From NCBI RefSeq assembly GCF_018977255.1, contig NW_024704745.1, positions 29,760,001-29,824,000 on the forward strand: a stretch of 64,000 nucleotides of DNA. Reading direction: 5' to 3'. Made by a program: the position numbers and the translations under genes. Shown here in pieces: positions 1 through 11,774 of this stretch. How positions within the stretch are numbered: position 1 is the stretch's first letter; each line of letters opens with the position of its first letter. Source of the stretch: Callorhinchus milii (lineage: Eukaryota). The notes beneath the pieces were generated by a model. The model saw only the letters and a program-made list of their open reading frames with translations, was not told the origin of the DNA and searched no databases.

Positions 1-235
1 GGTTTTAGCATGTTAGACTCCAGCAGTATTCTAATACATACTCTAGGGTCCCCAAGCCTTGACTCTTGACAATCTGCGCCTAATACAAGTACTTTCCAGA
101 ATTAGAGCAGCAGGATACGTGCCTCCAGGTAGAGAGTGCCCATTCCATTCCAACAAAAATCTCTTTAATTTACATGTATAGGTGAGATGCATACTCTTAG
201 TTTGGTTTAGATACTCTTAAGCATGGTGATGAGAT
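1..235 (+). repeat. Unclassified old interspersed repeat, family X, copy 1 (truncated by window edge)
   Basis: GTTAGACTCCAGCAGTA...CTCTAGGGTCCCCAAG...CCAGAATT...GAGAGTGCCCATTCCATTCC aligns by eye with 19350-19440 (+) and the reverse complement of 25740-25950; strand is arbitrary. Confidence 0.7.
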
Positions 236-403
236 GCATCTACATGTATCACACACCTGGCTCACCAAAACAAGCATATATATATAATACACGAAAAAAG
301 TCCTTCACTTTTCGGACACCAATGATAACTTGTCACCTGAAACTATATAGTCTCTGACCTCCTATAGGGAGGGATATAAACAGTGTATCAATAGCTGATT
401 GAT

Positions 404-732
404 CGGTCTGCTCCACATCCCCCGCCCCAACCGCCCTACCATCGGTGGCCGGGCCTTCAGCCTCTCAGCCCCTAGGCTCTGGAACTCCATCCCCCAGTGC
501 CTTCGCCGCCTCCTCCCTTTCCTCCTTCAAGGCCGGTCTCAAGACCTTTCTCTTTGACCGTGCCTTCAGCTCCCCTCTCGACTCTCTACCCCCTCCTTGC
601 TCCCTCCCTTCCCTCCCCTCACCCTGACCATTTCCCCCCTGCTCAGGTCCTGACCCAACTGTACAGCGCCTTGGGACATCCTCCCAATGTGAAAGGCTCT
701 CTATAAATGGAATCTTGTTGTTGTTGTTGTTG
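404..732 (+). mobile_element. L2 LINE 3' end fragment
   Basis: Encodes FKAGLKTFLFDRAF (L2 ORF2 C-terminus), followed by a C-rich 3' UTR, a GCGCCTTGGGAC..GTGAAAGGC stem-loop and a (TTG)n tail. Confidence 0.9.
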
Positions 733-849
733 ATTCCAAGATGATGTGCCCGGCAATGGAATATTTGAGTTTATCTTATGGCGGTCTTGGTAGTTTGCGA
801 CCTGAACCAGATCAATCCACAGTACTCAGTTATTGTTGATAAAAAAACA

Positions 850-1205
850 GACAGACCAGACAGGTCTTGGAGGGCAGACTAGCAACTGGAGCCAGGAATT
901 TGTCCCATTTATTTCCTGTTCACCCTGTAAGCCCAGACTCCAACAGATAGGATAGTCAAAGCTGGAGAAGCAACAAAAAAACTTGCAGACAGTGCTTGCA
1001 AGGTATGCAGTTTTAGTTGCTTAGCTTAACACACACACTGGATCTCCATTTGGTTTCTGCCAACAGTACCTAATACGTTCCAGAACTGGATAAGCAGGGA
1101 GAGAGAGTGCACATTCTAGTTAAATGGGAAATTTCCATACTTAAGTGGTTTGGATATGTGGAACTCTCAGTCTGGTTGGGATACTCTTAAACATGGTGGT
1201 GAGTT
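850..1205 (+). repeat. Unclassified repeat family X, copy 2
   Basis: Shares GAGAGTGC(A/C)CATTC and GATACTCTTAA(A/G)CATGGTG with 1-235; its 5' part matches 19200-19330. Confidence 0.6.
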
Positions 1206-1719
1206 TCCACAGCAAAATGGAAAATATTTGTGGATCTAAAATGCGAGATTTCTTAATAAAGGATTGATGTGGCATTTATCACTGGAGATAATTATCACTT
1301 TGATTGCTTGATCACTCATGCAGTTCAGATAAAGTTTATCACATTTTTCAGCATGATAAACTTTATCTGAATTACAAGAGCGATCTTACATACTTGATTT
1401 ATTTTCATCATGAATAATATTTTAATATTGAGTTGTGCTATTTCAGTTTCATAGTGAGAGCTGAGAAGAGAAGTAGTTTTGATGTGTTCCAGAGACATGC
1501 ATTTCATTTCAAATTACCCTCCATGCATCTGTCTGGCAACGCATAGCATGTGCAGTAATAATTTTGTATGTGGGAAAAGAGTTATTGAATAATTCCATAT
1601 ATTCTTAGTTTATCTAAAGAACGAAACATCAATTCAGACATGCTGTAGAAAGCTACTTGCCTGGCTAACCCTGTTGATGATCACTGAATGTACCAAAAAT
1701 AGAAATCTTTGAAGGTATT

Positions 1720-2810
1720 TTGTCACAGCATCAAACATAAAATCATATGCCAGCACAGAAGGAGGCCACTCTTACTTGGCAGGCCATTTCTCGTCGCAAC
1801 AACTATCTGTGTGAAAAAAACGTCCTGAGCTCTCCAAAACTAAGCTCTTCTTGTGACTTCTTGTGACACATCACTGATTTCCTTACCAGTGGAAGTAGCT
1901 TCTCTCTATTTACCCTATCAAAATCCCTCTTAATATTGTGCACCTCTTTCAGGTGTCCTCTCAACCTTCTCTGGTCCAATGAAAAAGATCCAACTTCCTC
2001 AGTCTCTCTTCATAACTATAAACCCTTATTTCTTGGCGTCATTCTTGCAAATCTCTTCTGGTCCCCCTCCAAGTCCTTACCATCTTTCCTGAAGTGACGT
2101 GCCCAAAACTGAACACACAACCCAGTTTGGGCCTCACCAATAATTTGTAGAAACAGCATTTATTACTTTACTTTTATACTCGATTAGCATTTTTCACAAC
2201 CTATAGTGCTACATTCAAGGATTTACAATTCTGCACTCCCAAGTCCCTTTGCTACTCTGTGCCTTGCAAGCTACCGCCATTCACGATATACTCCCTTCCC
2301 TCATTTATTTCTGCCAAAATCAATCAACCCGCATTAAACTTCATCTGTCACTGATCTGCCTATTGCACTAATCTATGTAAGATCTACTGCAGTCTCTTGC
2401 CATCCCTCTTATGACTCACTGTACTTCCTAGCTTTGATACTTTAACCCCTATATTTTTGAGTCATGGTGACTATTAAATATGAAAAAAGGAAAGGCCGCA
2501 GCACAATCTCTTGGAGCACCCCACGTGAAAATTGGAAAAAAAATCCTTTTAGCCAAACTTTTGCTTTCTGTCCATCGACCACTTTTTTATTCAAATTATC
2601 ACATTTCCCCCTATACCATTTCCCTCTATGTTTTTTCCATCAATCTTTCATTTGGCACTTTAACAAACACCTTCTGAAAATTCAAATACATAACATTTGT
2701 AGCATTGCCTTTATCTACACTTTCAGCAATTAATTTACAGAACTCTTAAATTGGTCAGATATAATCTGCCCTTTACTAATCCATGTTGACTGTTCCTGAT
2801 TAACTCATGC
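1720..2810 (-). mobile_element. Old degraded CR1 LINE 3' portion
   Basis: Typical CR1 reverse-strand phrases (CAGCACAGAAGGAGGCCA, CCTCTCAACCTTCTCTGGTCCAATGAAAA, GCCCAAAACTGAACACA, CTGCCCTTTACTAATCCATGTTGACT); no open frame. Confidence 0.75.
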
Positions 2811-3149
2811 CTATAACTTTTGGCATGTCTGATCATAGGCTTGTTGCATAAATCACCTGATATGTTGAAAAACTTTTTGTATGGTAAATCAGAACATATC
2901 AGGTGAAAAAATTGATATTTGATAACAAATCCATGTGGAATAATCTTTAGTACCTGATTTTCAATAGGGTGTGGGGTGATAAATTACAGCAACATTAAAG
3001 TGCCATCAGCCAGCTGACTTAATATCTGCAGCACCTTGGTTTTGGGTGTAACTATTTTAATGAAGTTGGAGGAGAGTGTTTTCCCCGTAGTAATTAATGA
3101 CTTGGACATCTCCAGGACAGTAAGACCCACGTTGTGCTATCTGATAAGT

Positions 3150-3280
3150 ATGTCCCATTTTGCATTTTGCCCACAAAATATAGTCAATTCACTTTACAGT
3201 ATATTCTATGAAGTGCTTTGAGATGTCTCGAAGACGTGATAAGGCTCTATATCAAATGCAAAGATTATTATTGTTATTGT
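3150..3280 (+). mobile_element. SINE 3' fragment (tRNA-derived, L2-tailed family)
   Basis: GCCCACAAAATATAGTCAATTCACTTTACAG...ATCAAATGCAAAGATTATTATT matches the full copy at 41183-41501. Confidence 0.85.
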
Positions 3281-4799
3281 GTCAACATCTTGGGAAGTCC
3301 TCCTAACTTGAAAGGTACTATATAAATGTAAATTTGTATTGTAAGTATCACTAGTGACTTAAATCTACAACCTTCTGACTCAGAGGTAACAGTGCTACCA
3401 GCTGAGCCAAGCTGACACGTGTTGTGCGATGGACCATCATTGAAGTGATTTTCAATAACAATTTATAAAACACATTACTCAACAGTTATTGAAGATGTTT
3501 TCTTTATGAATTTAGTTCCATCAGAAAATTTATGGAAAACCGGACAGAACCAAACAAGAAATAGCAAGTGGGCAGCAGCTATTCCAAGATGCTTTGTACT
3601 GTAAAGAAATAATTAATCCCAGGGTTCTTTGTACTCTAAGGATTAGCGAATCTCAAAGGTTTCATTTCATTAAAACATTTAGATTCCTCATAAATATTTA
3701 AAACAGAGCCTCTCAGTATCACTTCACTTTATACCATGCTGATCAATTCCTTTCGTTCTATCCTGAGCCAATTTATCTGTTGCTTTACACTGCCAGCCTT
3801 CCAGGTGTCAGGTGCTGGTCAAATTATCCCCTTCAGGCAAAACAGAAAAGAATCCCTGAAGCGATACCAGCCTCTGTCCTATTAATCCTATTAAAATAAA
3901 ATATGAGGAAAAATTACCCTGTAAAAATGAAGAACACTTTTTCTAGTGCTCAGATCATAGCTGTACAATATTTGGCTGTGCTGTAATTGCATTTAGAAGC
4001 AGATAATGCCCTATTAGCATTAGTAATAACCTGATGCCGATTATTCTGCTGCTGTCAGGGAACAGATTCTAAACTATAATTACTGATATCAGTTCCAATG
4101 ACAAACGACTGATTATAATCAGGACACCCCAGCACTGAAGACTCAATCAGTTCTGTTTCAAAGATCTCAAAAGCACATTAAACACTCTTGGGTCCAATTT
4201 AAGGCCACAGCCATTTTCTTAATGCATTCAAGGGTTGCACATTTCCATAAAAAAACTAGTACAATTCTGTGAAACTGCCCTGACATTTCAAGAAATCTCA
4301 TTAATTTTGTTAAATGTTTTGGAACCAAAAACTTTAACAGCTTAGATTTTATCAGGATCCATCTGTATACCTACCAGGGTTACAACATGACCTAAAGAGA
4401 TTACATTAAAACATATCCCTTATATATTAAAGGGCAATTCTTTTAAGTCTTAAAATCTACAGAATCTGCTCCAACATTTGAGAAGGAAAATATCCCCTAG
4501 GGAGTTTTCTTTAACTTGGAAATATCACTAGAGTGGTTATAAAGCCATAGTTTCATGATTTAAATTGATATACACTTTGCTTTCTCTAGAAATTCAGTCT
4601 TTACCTTACTTAGTGGATCCAAACCAACCTGCTTATTACTAAAATGAGCAAATGTGAAAGCACTGAGCTGCACTTGGAATTTAGAATTTCAGACATGGTG
4701 AGCAGTGATTACAAGAGAGATTCAGATAAAGAAAGCCCTTCAACCCATTTAATCTTACTTTTCCAGAATGTCTGGCTAGGGGTCTTTCCATTCCATTAG

Positions 4800-5467
4800 C
4801 TTCTGCTCTCTACTTCGAACACCTCCAGTCTGGTTTCCGCCCTGCCCACAGTACAGAGATTGCGCTTGTGAAAGTCACAAATGACATCCTCTCCATCTGT
4901 GACCAGGGATCCCTCTGCCTGCTTGTCCTCCTGGACCTCTCCGCCGCGTTCGACACAGTCGATCACGCCATCCTCCTCCACCGCCTTTCCTCCGTCATCC
5001 ACCTCAGTGGGACTGGACTCGCCTGGCTCGAGTCCTACCTCACAAACCGCCAGCAGTACATCTGCATAAACGGCTTCTCCTCCCTCTCTCACCCGGTCAC
5101 CTGTGGGGTACCCCAAGGATCCATCCTTGGCCCCCTCCTCTTTCTGATCTATATGCTTTCTCTTGGGGATGTCATCCGCAGAAATGGGGTACAAAATCAC
5201 ATGTATGCAGAAGACACCCAGCTCTACTTTTCCACCTCTCTTTGCGACCCCCAGTCCCCTGATGTTCTGTCAGCCTGCCTGTCAGACCTCAGGGGCTGGA
5301 TGAGTGCAAACTTCCTTCAGCTGAACATTGACAAGATGGAAGCCATACTCTTCGGCTCTCGTCAACGTGTAAAATCTCATGGTTCTCACCTCCTCTACCT
5401 ACCCGACCTCCCCCTAAAACTCTCCGAACCCGTACACAACCTAGGCGTCAGGTTCGATCCCCAATTA
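4800..5467 (+). mobile_element. L2 LINE reverse transcriptase fragment
   Basis: ORF 4868-5533 contains [33 protein letters not shown] (YADD degenerate) and NLGVRFDPQL; homology stops abruptly near 5467. Confidence 0.95.
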
Positions 5468-5539
5468 TACAAAAATAGCAATTTGAACAGTCATAACGGT
5501 ATGTGTTATGCTGCAAATCAAAGACAATTTTGAAAGCTC

Positions 5540-6330
5540 TCCCGCCAATGGTGGTGTGGGTGGGTCAGGGGACGTGGAGCAGGCCAAAGCCAGCTGAGCG
5601 GAGGGAGTGGGCGGGTTAGTAGGGGGTTAGAAGGTCACAGAGTTAGGGTGGGATGAGACCATTGAGGGCTCTGTAGGTGAGGACCAGGATTTTGACTTGG
5701 ATCCTCTGAAGGACAGGGTTCCAATGGAGTTGGGCGAGAATGGGGGAGATGGAGTCACAGAGTTTGGTGTGGGAGAGGACACGGGCTGCAAAATTCAGGA
5801 TTATCTGCAGCCTGTGGAGGGAGGAGTTGGGAAGGCCGACAAGCAAGAAGTTTGCATGGTTGAGCCTGGAGGTGATGAAGGTATGAACAAGAGTTTCAGC
5901 GGCCTGAGGGGTGAGGTAGTGGCGGAGTCAGGTGATGTTATGGAGGTGAGAGAAGGTAGAGCGGGTCATGGGTTGAATGTGGGAAAAGACAGTTGAGGGT
6001 TGAACAAGACACCTCGGTTCCTGACTGGCTTGGTGAGTTGTAACGTGCAACCATGGAGGTTGATGTTGCCGGAGCCTGAGGTGGTGAGGCGCTGGCGCGA
6101 GCCAATCAGGAGGGCCTCAGTCTTGTTCACATTCAACTGTAGGAAATTTGGCCTCATCCAGGACTTGATGTCGGACAGGCAGTCTGTCAGGACAGCAGTG
6201 GTCCTGGAGTTGAGGGTGGAGGCAGAAAGATAGAATTGGGTGTCATCCGCGTACATGTGGAAGTTGACCCCATGTCTGCGGATGATGTCGCCAAGGTGAA
6301 GCATGCAGATATTAAAGAGGAGAGAGCCAA
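5540..6330 (-). mobile_element. L2 LINE RT/C-terminal fragment (second subfamily)
   Basis: ORFs 5966-6304 ([19 protein letters not shown]) and 5643-5846 (ISPILAQLHW); frameshifted. Confidence 0.93.
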
Positions 6331-6483
6331 GACAAATAAAAACAATGCCTTAAATATAATTATAGTTTGAGGATTGGTAAAAAGGTAAACGAGGCATAAA
6401 GTAATTTATGATATTTCAAATAGTTGAACTTCTACACCTAGAATTTTCCTTTGAGATATGTTCAAGAGGACAGCACATCAACT

Positions 6484-7052
6484 ACAAAAACAGAAGTCAC
6501 TGGGATCACTCAGCAGGTCAGGCAGCATCTATGGAGAAAGGAAAGTGTGTCAACATTTCGGGTCCATGACCCTTCATTAGAACTCGTCAGAAATTCAATA
6601 ATTTCAGACCATAACAGCTAACTTTCCCCCTTCCCCTCTTCTGTGACCATTACCACATCATCTGGGTCCCAGACACACCTTTTTTCGCTCTGGTCTGCCT
6701 GTTTTGTTGCAATTCCTCCCCACCCCCCACCTTTGCTTTGCATTATTAACTCCTCTTTTCTTCTGTTTTGTTGCAATCCCCCGTTTATTTTGCATCATTA
6801 ACACCTCTTTAACCCATCATTCCCTGTCCTATACCCCACTTTCTCCCGTGTCTTCCTTGCCCTGCCTCTCCCCTCTCTGTTAGTCCTTAAAGCCTCTCCC
6901 ACCCAACATGCCCCAGTTCTGACAAAGGGTCGTGGACCCAAAACGTTGACTCACTTTCCTTTCTCCATAGATGTTGCCTGACTTGCTCAGTGTTCCCAGC
7001 CACTTCTGTTTTTGTTTCAGATTTCCAGCATCTGCAGTATGTTGTGTTTTGT
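6484..7052 (+). mobile_element. Penelope-like element remnant with an inverted partial pseudo-LTR (6484-6592, minus) and a 3' end/pseudo-LTR (6591-7052, plus)
   Basis: 6484-6585 is the reverse complement of about 6915-7015; AAATTCAATAATTTCAGACCATAA reads KFNNFRP*, resembling the end of GIY-YIG PLE ORFs; pyrimidine-rich UTR; hammerhead-like motif in both repeats. Confidence 0.75.
6915..6952 (+). ncRNA. Degenerate minimal type-I hammerhead ribozyme motif
   Basis: AGTT-CTGACAA-A-GGGTC-gtg-GACCC-AAAA-CGTT-GACT: helix I, helix II and the AACGTT palindrome are intact, while the core CUGANGA and GAAA each carry a G>A change. Confidence 0.6.
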
Positions 7053-7132
7053 TTAGCATATCTACTTCACTCAGTATGAATAATGAATACAACCTTGTAG
7101 AGTGTTGACATCTTTGTTAGGTTTTAACACCA

Positions 7133-9650
7133 TAAACAACACCACCACCAACAACAACTTGGATTTATTTAGCGCCCTCCACGCCGGACGGCATCTCAGA
7201 GCGCTTCACAGCAATGGATCCCGGGACCGAGCCAGAAGAAGGGGGAGGAAAGTGATCAAAGGCGCGATCAAAAAGAAAGGTCTTCAGCAGAAACCTGAAA
7301 ATAGGAAGGGAGGGAGCAAGACGATGGGAGTGAGGAAGGCAGTTCCAGAGCCTCGGGGCATAGTGGCTGAAGGCACAGCCGCCAAGGGTGGAGCGGAGGA
7401 CTCGGGGGACAAGGAGGAGGCCAGACCCGGAGGAACAAAGGCAACATCTACTGTTTTGAGGATAGAGGAGGTCAGAGAGGTAGGGGGTTGCAGAGGAGTG
7501 CAGGGACTTGAATACAAGGGTGAGGATCCTGAAATTGATCCTCTCTGGGACAGGCAGCCAGTGCAGTCTGGCAAGGACTGGGGTGATCGGGGAGTGGAGT
7601 TTTGTGCAGTGAGAATGCGAGCGACAGAGTTTTGAATGATTTGGATTTTATAGATGGTAGTGGATGGGAGGCCGGCGAGGAGGGCGTTAGAGTAGTCCAG
7701 CCGAGAGGTGACAAAGGCATGGACCAGGTTTTCAGTGGCTTTTGGAGTGTGGTATTGGCAGAGACAGGCGATGCGTCAGAGGTGAAAGAAGCGGTGCTGG
7801 TGAGTGACCGGATTTGGGGGAGGAGGGATAATTGGGGGTCGAACCTGACTCCTAGGTTGCGTACGGGTTCGAAGAGTTTTAGAGGGAGGTTGAGTAGGTG
7901 GAGGAGGTGAGAGACATGAGATTTTAGACGTTGACGAGAGCCAAAGAGTATGGCTTCCGTCTTGTCAACGTTCAGCTCAAGGAAATTTGCACTCATCCAG
8001 CCCCTGAGATCTGACAGGCAGGCTGACAGAACATCTGCCACCACCGGGGGTCACAAAGAGAGGTGGAAAAATAGAATTGGGTGTCGTCTGCATACATGTG
8101 AAAGTGTACCTTATGTCTGTGGATGACATCTCCAAGAGGGAGCATATAGATCAGAAAGAGGAGGGGCCAAGGATGGATCCTTGGGGTACCCCGCAGGTGA
8201 CCGGGTGAGAGCGGGAGGAGAAGCCGTTTGTGCAGATATACTGCTGGCGGTTTGTGAGGTAGGACTTGAACCAGGAAAGTGAGGTTCCACTGAGGTGGAT
8301 GACGGAGGAAAGGCGTGGAGGAGGATGGCGTGATCGACTGTGTCGAACGCGGCAGAGAGATCCAGGAGGACAAGGAGACAGACAGAGCCCTGGTCACAGA
8401 TAGAGAGGATGTCGTTTGTGACTTTCACAAGTGCAGTCTCTGTACTGTGGGTGGAAACCGGACTGAAGGGGTTCGAAGAGGGAGTGGGAGGAGAGGTGTG
8501 TGCGAAACTGGTTGGCAACAACGCGTTCTAGAAATTTTGAGAAGAAGGGCAGGTTAGAAATAGGACGGTAGTGGCTGGGGTTTGAGGGATCTAGGGAGGG
8601 TTTTTTCAGGAGTGTGATGACAGCAGTTTTGAGGGAGGCAGGGACTAATCCGGAGGAGAGGGACTGGTTGATGACGTCAGCCAGTAGGTGGCAGAGGAGG
8701 GGGAGCTGTGTGACCAGTAAGTTGGTGGGGAGGGGGTCGAGGCAGCAGGTGGTGGGTTTCATGGAGGTGATGGTGGGTGAGAGGGAGGAGGGAGAGATTG
8801 GGATGAAGGAATGTAGAATATGGGTGGTGGTAGAAGCAGATGATGAGGAAGGTTAGGGGCCAGATAGGGCGTGGTGGTGGGTGACAAGGGGCAGGTGGAT
8901 GAGGCTGCCTGGCGGATGTTAAGTATTTTGGATGAAAAAGAAGTCCATGACCTCCTCGCACTTGGCATTTGATACGAAGATTGAGGAAGCCTGAGGGGGT
9001 GCACAGAGGAGGCAGCGGGTGGTGGAAAAAGGGATTTTAGGGTTGTGTTTAGCCTCCAAGATGATGTTGGAGCGGAAGGCCGTTTTTGCATGTGTCAAAG
9101 AACGATGGTAGCTGTGGAAATGTTTGAGCCACAGTTGGTGGTGAACTGTCAGGCCAGTTTTCTGCCATCTGCGCTTGAGCAGATGGGTTTGGATTTTTTG
9201 GCGATGGAGATGGTTGTTGTACCAGGGGGATCGGGTGGGTTTGGAGATGGTTTTGGATTTTAGGGGGGCGAGGGAGTTGAAGGTGGAGGAGAGGCGATCA
9301 TGGAGCAGCTGGATGGCTGCTTCAGGATCTCTTCGGGTGGAAGGCCAGAGGGATAGGATGTTTGATTATGAGAGGGCCTTTGTGAGGGTCTCAGGGGGTA
9401 GCCTTTTCCAAGGGCGGTAGAGGATGGTTGAGGGTTCAGTGGAGGAGAGAGGGATGTGAAAGGAGAAGGAGATGAAAAAGTGGTCTGAGATGGTCTTGTC
9501 CACTATGCTGAGGTCGGAAATATCAAGGCCGTGGGTGATGACGAGGTTAAGTGCATGACCACGGTTGTGGGTGGTTGAATTTATATGAAGGGTAAGATTT
9601 AGGGAGGAGAGGAAGGGAGTGAAATCGGCAGAAGTGGTGCAGGGGGAGTC
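7133..9650 (-). mobile_element. L2 LINE, about 2.5 kb, 5'-truncated and frameshifted (partial APE endonuclease, RT, 3' tail)
   Basis: Minus-strand peptides [22 protein letters not shown] and HMYADDTQ; endonuclease motifs (HNRGHALNLVI, SDHF) near 9480-9570; (CAA)n tail at 7133-7158. Confidence 0.96.
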
Positions 9651-10140
9651 TAACTAACTAAACCAGAGATGTCTAACTTTGGGGCTGGATAAGCAGATAA
9701 GAATGATATATGGAACAGGGATATATGGGACAGGGAGGCTGGGTTTCCTGTGAAAAGAAAATAGACACCAACATTCACAACAATCCTTGCAAAAAAATAT
9801 GGTCATTCACTTCATGGCTGTTTATGGGACATTGGTGTGGGCAAATTGGCTGCCACATTCACCTGCAAAATGTACTCCAATTTATAGTATATCCTATAAA
9901 TCCTCCCACTGTGAAAGGCTTGTCACTAAACATAAAGATTATTCTTATTCTTATTGAAATTTATATCAGAAAGACATCTCAAAGTGCTTCTCAGAATCCA
10001 CTGTAAAGTGGAGAGGCTGTATTTTGAACGCGGCATCATTTTTTACTTTCCGCAAGTCATTTCCTGGGCGCTTTTTGTGTGTGCAGTTTTCAGTAAAGCA
10101 AACAATCAATCTCACAGGTTCACGGGACACCTGGGACTTA

Positions 10141-10397
10141 CAACATCAATAACAACATAAACAACTTGCATTTATATAGCGCTCGCCCCACGCCCGCGGC
10201 GTTTTAGTGCGCTTAACAATGGCGGAATCCGAGGCCGAGCCAGTGGGAGGGGAAAGGTGACCGTAGACGCGGTCGAAGAAGAAGGTCTTCAGGTGTGACC
10301 TGAAGATGGGGAAGGAGGGGACGAGGCGAAGGGGTTGAGGGAGGGATTTCCAAAGTTTCGGTTCGTAATGGCTGAAGGCATGGCCACCGATGGTGGA
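10141..10397 (-). mobile_element. L2 LINE 3' end fragment
   Basis: ACAACTTGCATTTATATAGCGC tail and GAAGGTCTTCAGGTGTGACCTGAAG (reverse of FRSHLKTF). Confidence 0.85.
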
Positions 10398-10977
10398 CTT
10401 AAACAGAATGATACCAGGGCTTAAAGGGTTAAATTATGAGGACAAGTTGCATAAACTTGGTCTGTATTCTCTTGAGTTTAGACATTTGAAGGGTGATCTA
10501 ATCGAGTTTTTTTTAAATAATAAAAGGATTTAACAAGGTAGCTACAGAGAAACTATTTCCTCTGGAGGGGCATCCAGAACAAGGGGCATAGTTTTAAAAT
10601 TAGAGCTAAGCCATTTAGGAGTGAAATCAGGAGACATTTTTTCACACAAAGGGTAGTGGAAATCTGGAACTCTCTCGCCCAATAATAATAATAATAATAA
10701 TCCTTGCATTTGATATAGCGCTTTTCACGTCGGGAGGACGTCCCAAAGCGCTTCACAGAACACACTGTAAAGTGAATTGACTGTATATTTGTGGGCGAAT
10801 GCGCTGTGGATCCTTTTAAATTTTCAAGACTGAGGTGGATACATTTTTATTAGGTATCAAGGAATATAGGGAAAGGGTGGGAAATTGGGGTTGAGGTGCA
10901 GATCAGTCATTATCTTACAGAATGGAGGAACAGGCTGGAGGGGCTGAATGGCCTACTCTCTGTTCCTATGTTCCTAT
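10398..10977 (+). mobile_element. CR1 LINE 3' fragment interrupted by a SINE fragment (10681-10803, minus)
   Basis: RMIPGLKGLNYEDKLHKLGLYSLE-like coding stretch, TTTTTCACACAAAGGGTAGTGGAAATCTGGAAC, and 3' end GGGCTGAATGGCCTACTC..TTCCTATGTTCCTA. Confidence 0.9.
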
Positions 10978-11196
10978 TTATGTGCCTATGCAAATGTTGT
11001 CAGAGTTTATTCAAGTTGATGATACAATGCCTGGACTCAGGACACATATTCTAAACATCTGTTCCCTCATTCCAGAAAGCACTTTGGTGCTTGGTTGAGT
11101 CTGAACTCCAGTGGTGTATGTGGGCTAGATGTGACCTCCTAAGTGTAATACACTATATAAATGCAAGTTGTTGTTGTAGACACTGCTTATAACCAT

Positions 11197-11285
11197 AAAA
11201 TAAAAAAGAGAAGTCGCTGTGAACACTTAGCATGTCAGGCAGCATCCATGGAATGAGGAAAATGAGTTAATGTTTCAGGTCCAGC
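11197..11285 (-). mobile_element. Penelope-type pseudo-LTR fragment
   Basis: GAAGTCGCTGTGAACACTTAGCATGTCAGGCAGCATCCATGG...GAGTTAATGTTTCAGGTCC parallels 6491-6565. Confidence 0.65.
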
Positions 11286-11774
11286 AGCTCCTCACTTGTC
11301 AGTGGGTTTCATAATGATGTCAGGGTTGGACCTGAGAGAACAGAATGCCGCAAGTTCAGAGGGAGAGACTTGAGTGAGTGAGGGATCAAGGGTAGGAGTC
11401 CCACCCCCCGAGACATTATCCTCCATGTAGGGTGCTATATAAATACAACTTGTTGTTGTTTCACCATCACCAAGCAGTCCCAGATCCTGTATAATACAAC
11501 CACATGAAAAGTAACATTCTATTTGCTCTATTTAAAGAAAGTATTTTAACTCCAACTTCAGAAGAGAATCCCCTTCTGACCAAGTATGTTTTTTTTTTGA
11601 GTTGCTAAGCAACCCGTCTCTGCCTGATATTGCCAATTGGCTGCTGAGAACTGGGGTGAGGCTACCCAAGCTCCATTCACAAAGAATCCTTACACCCATC
11701 AGACAGAAGATGCCTTACTCAATTCCATCAGTCTCAGATGTTTTTAAACCAGCATTTCAGAACTCTTAAGTCAC

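Noticed and set aside
10553-10765. Recurrent ORFs ending [12 protein letters not shown] (also 18662, 21814, 32019, 41430)
   Set aside because: Translation of the SINE tail and its (TTA)n repeat, not a protein family.
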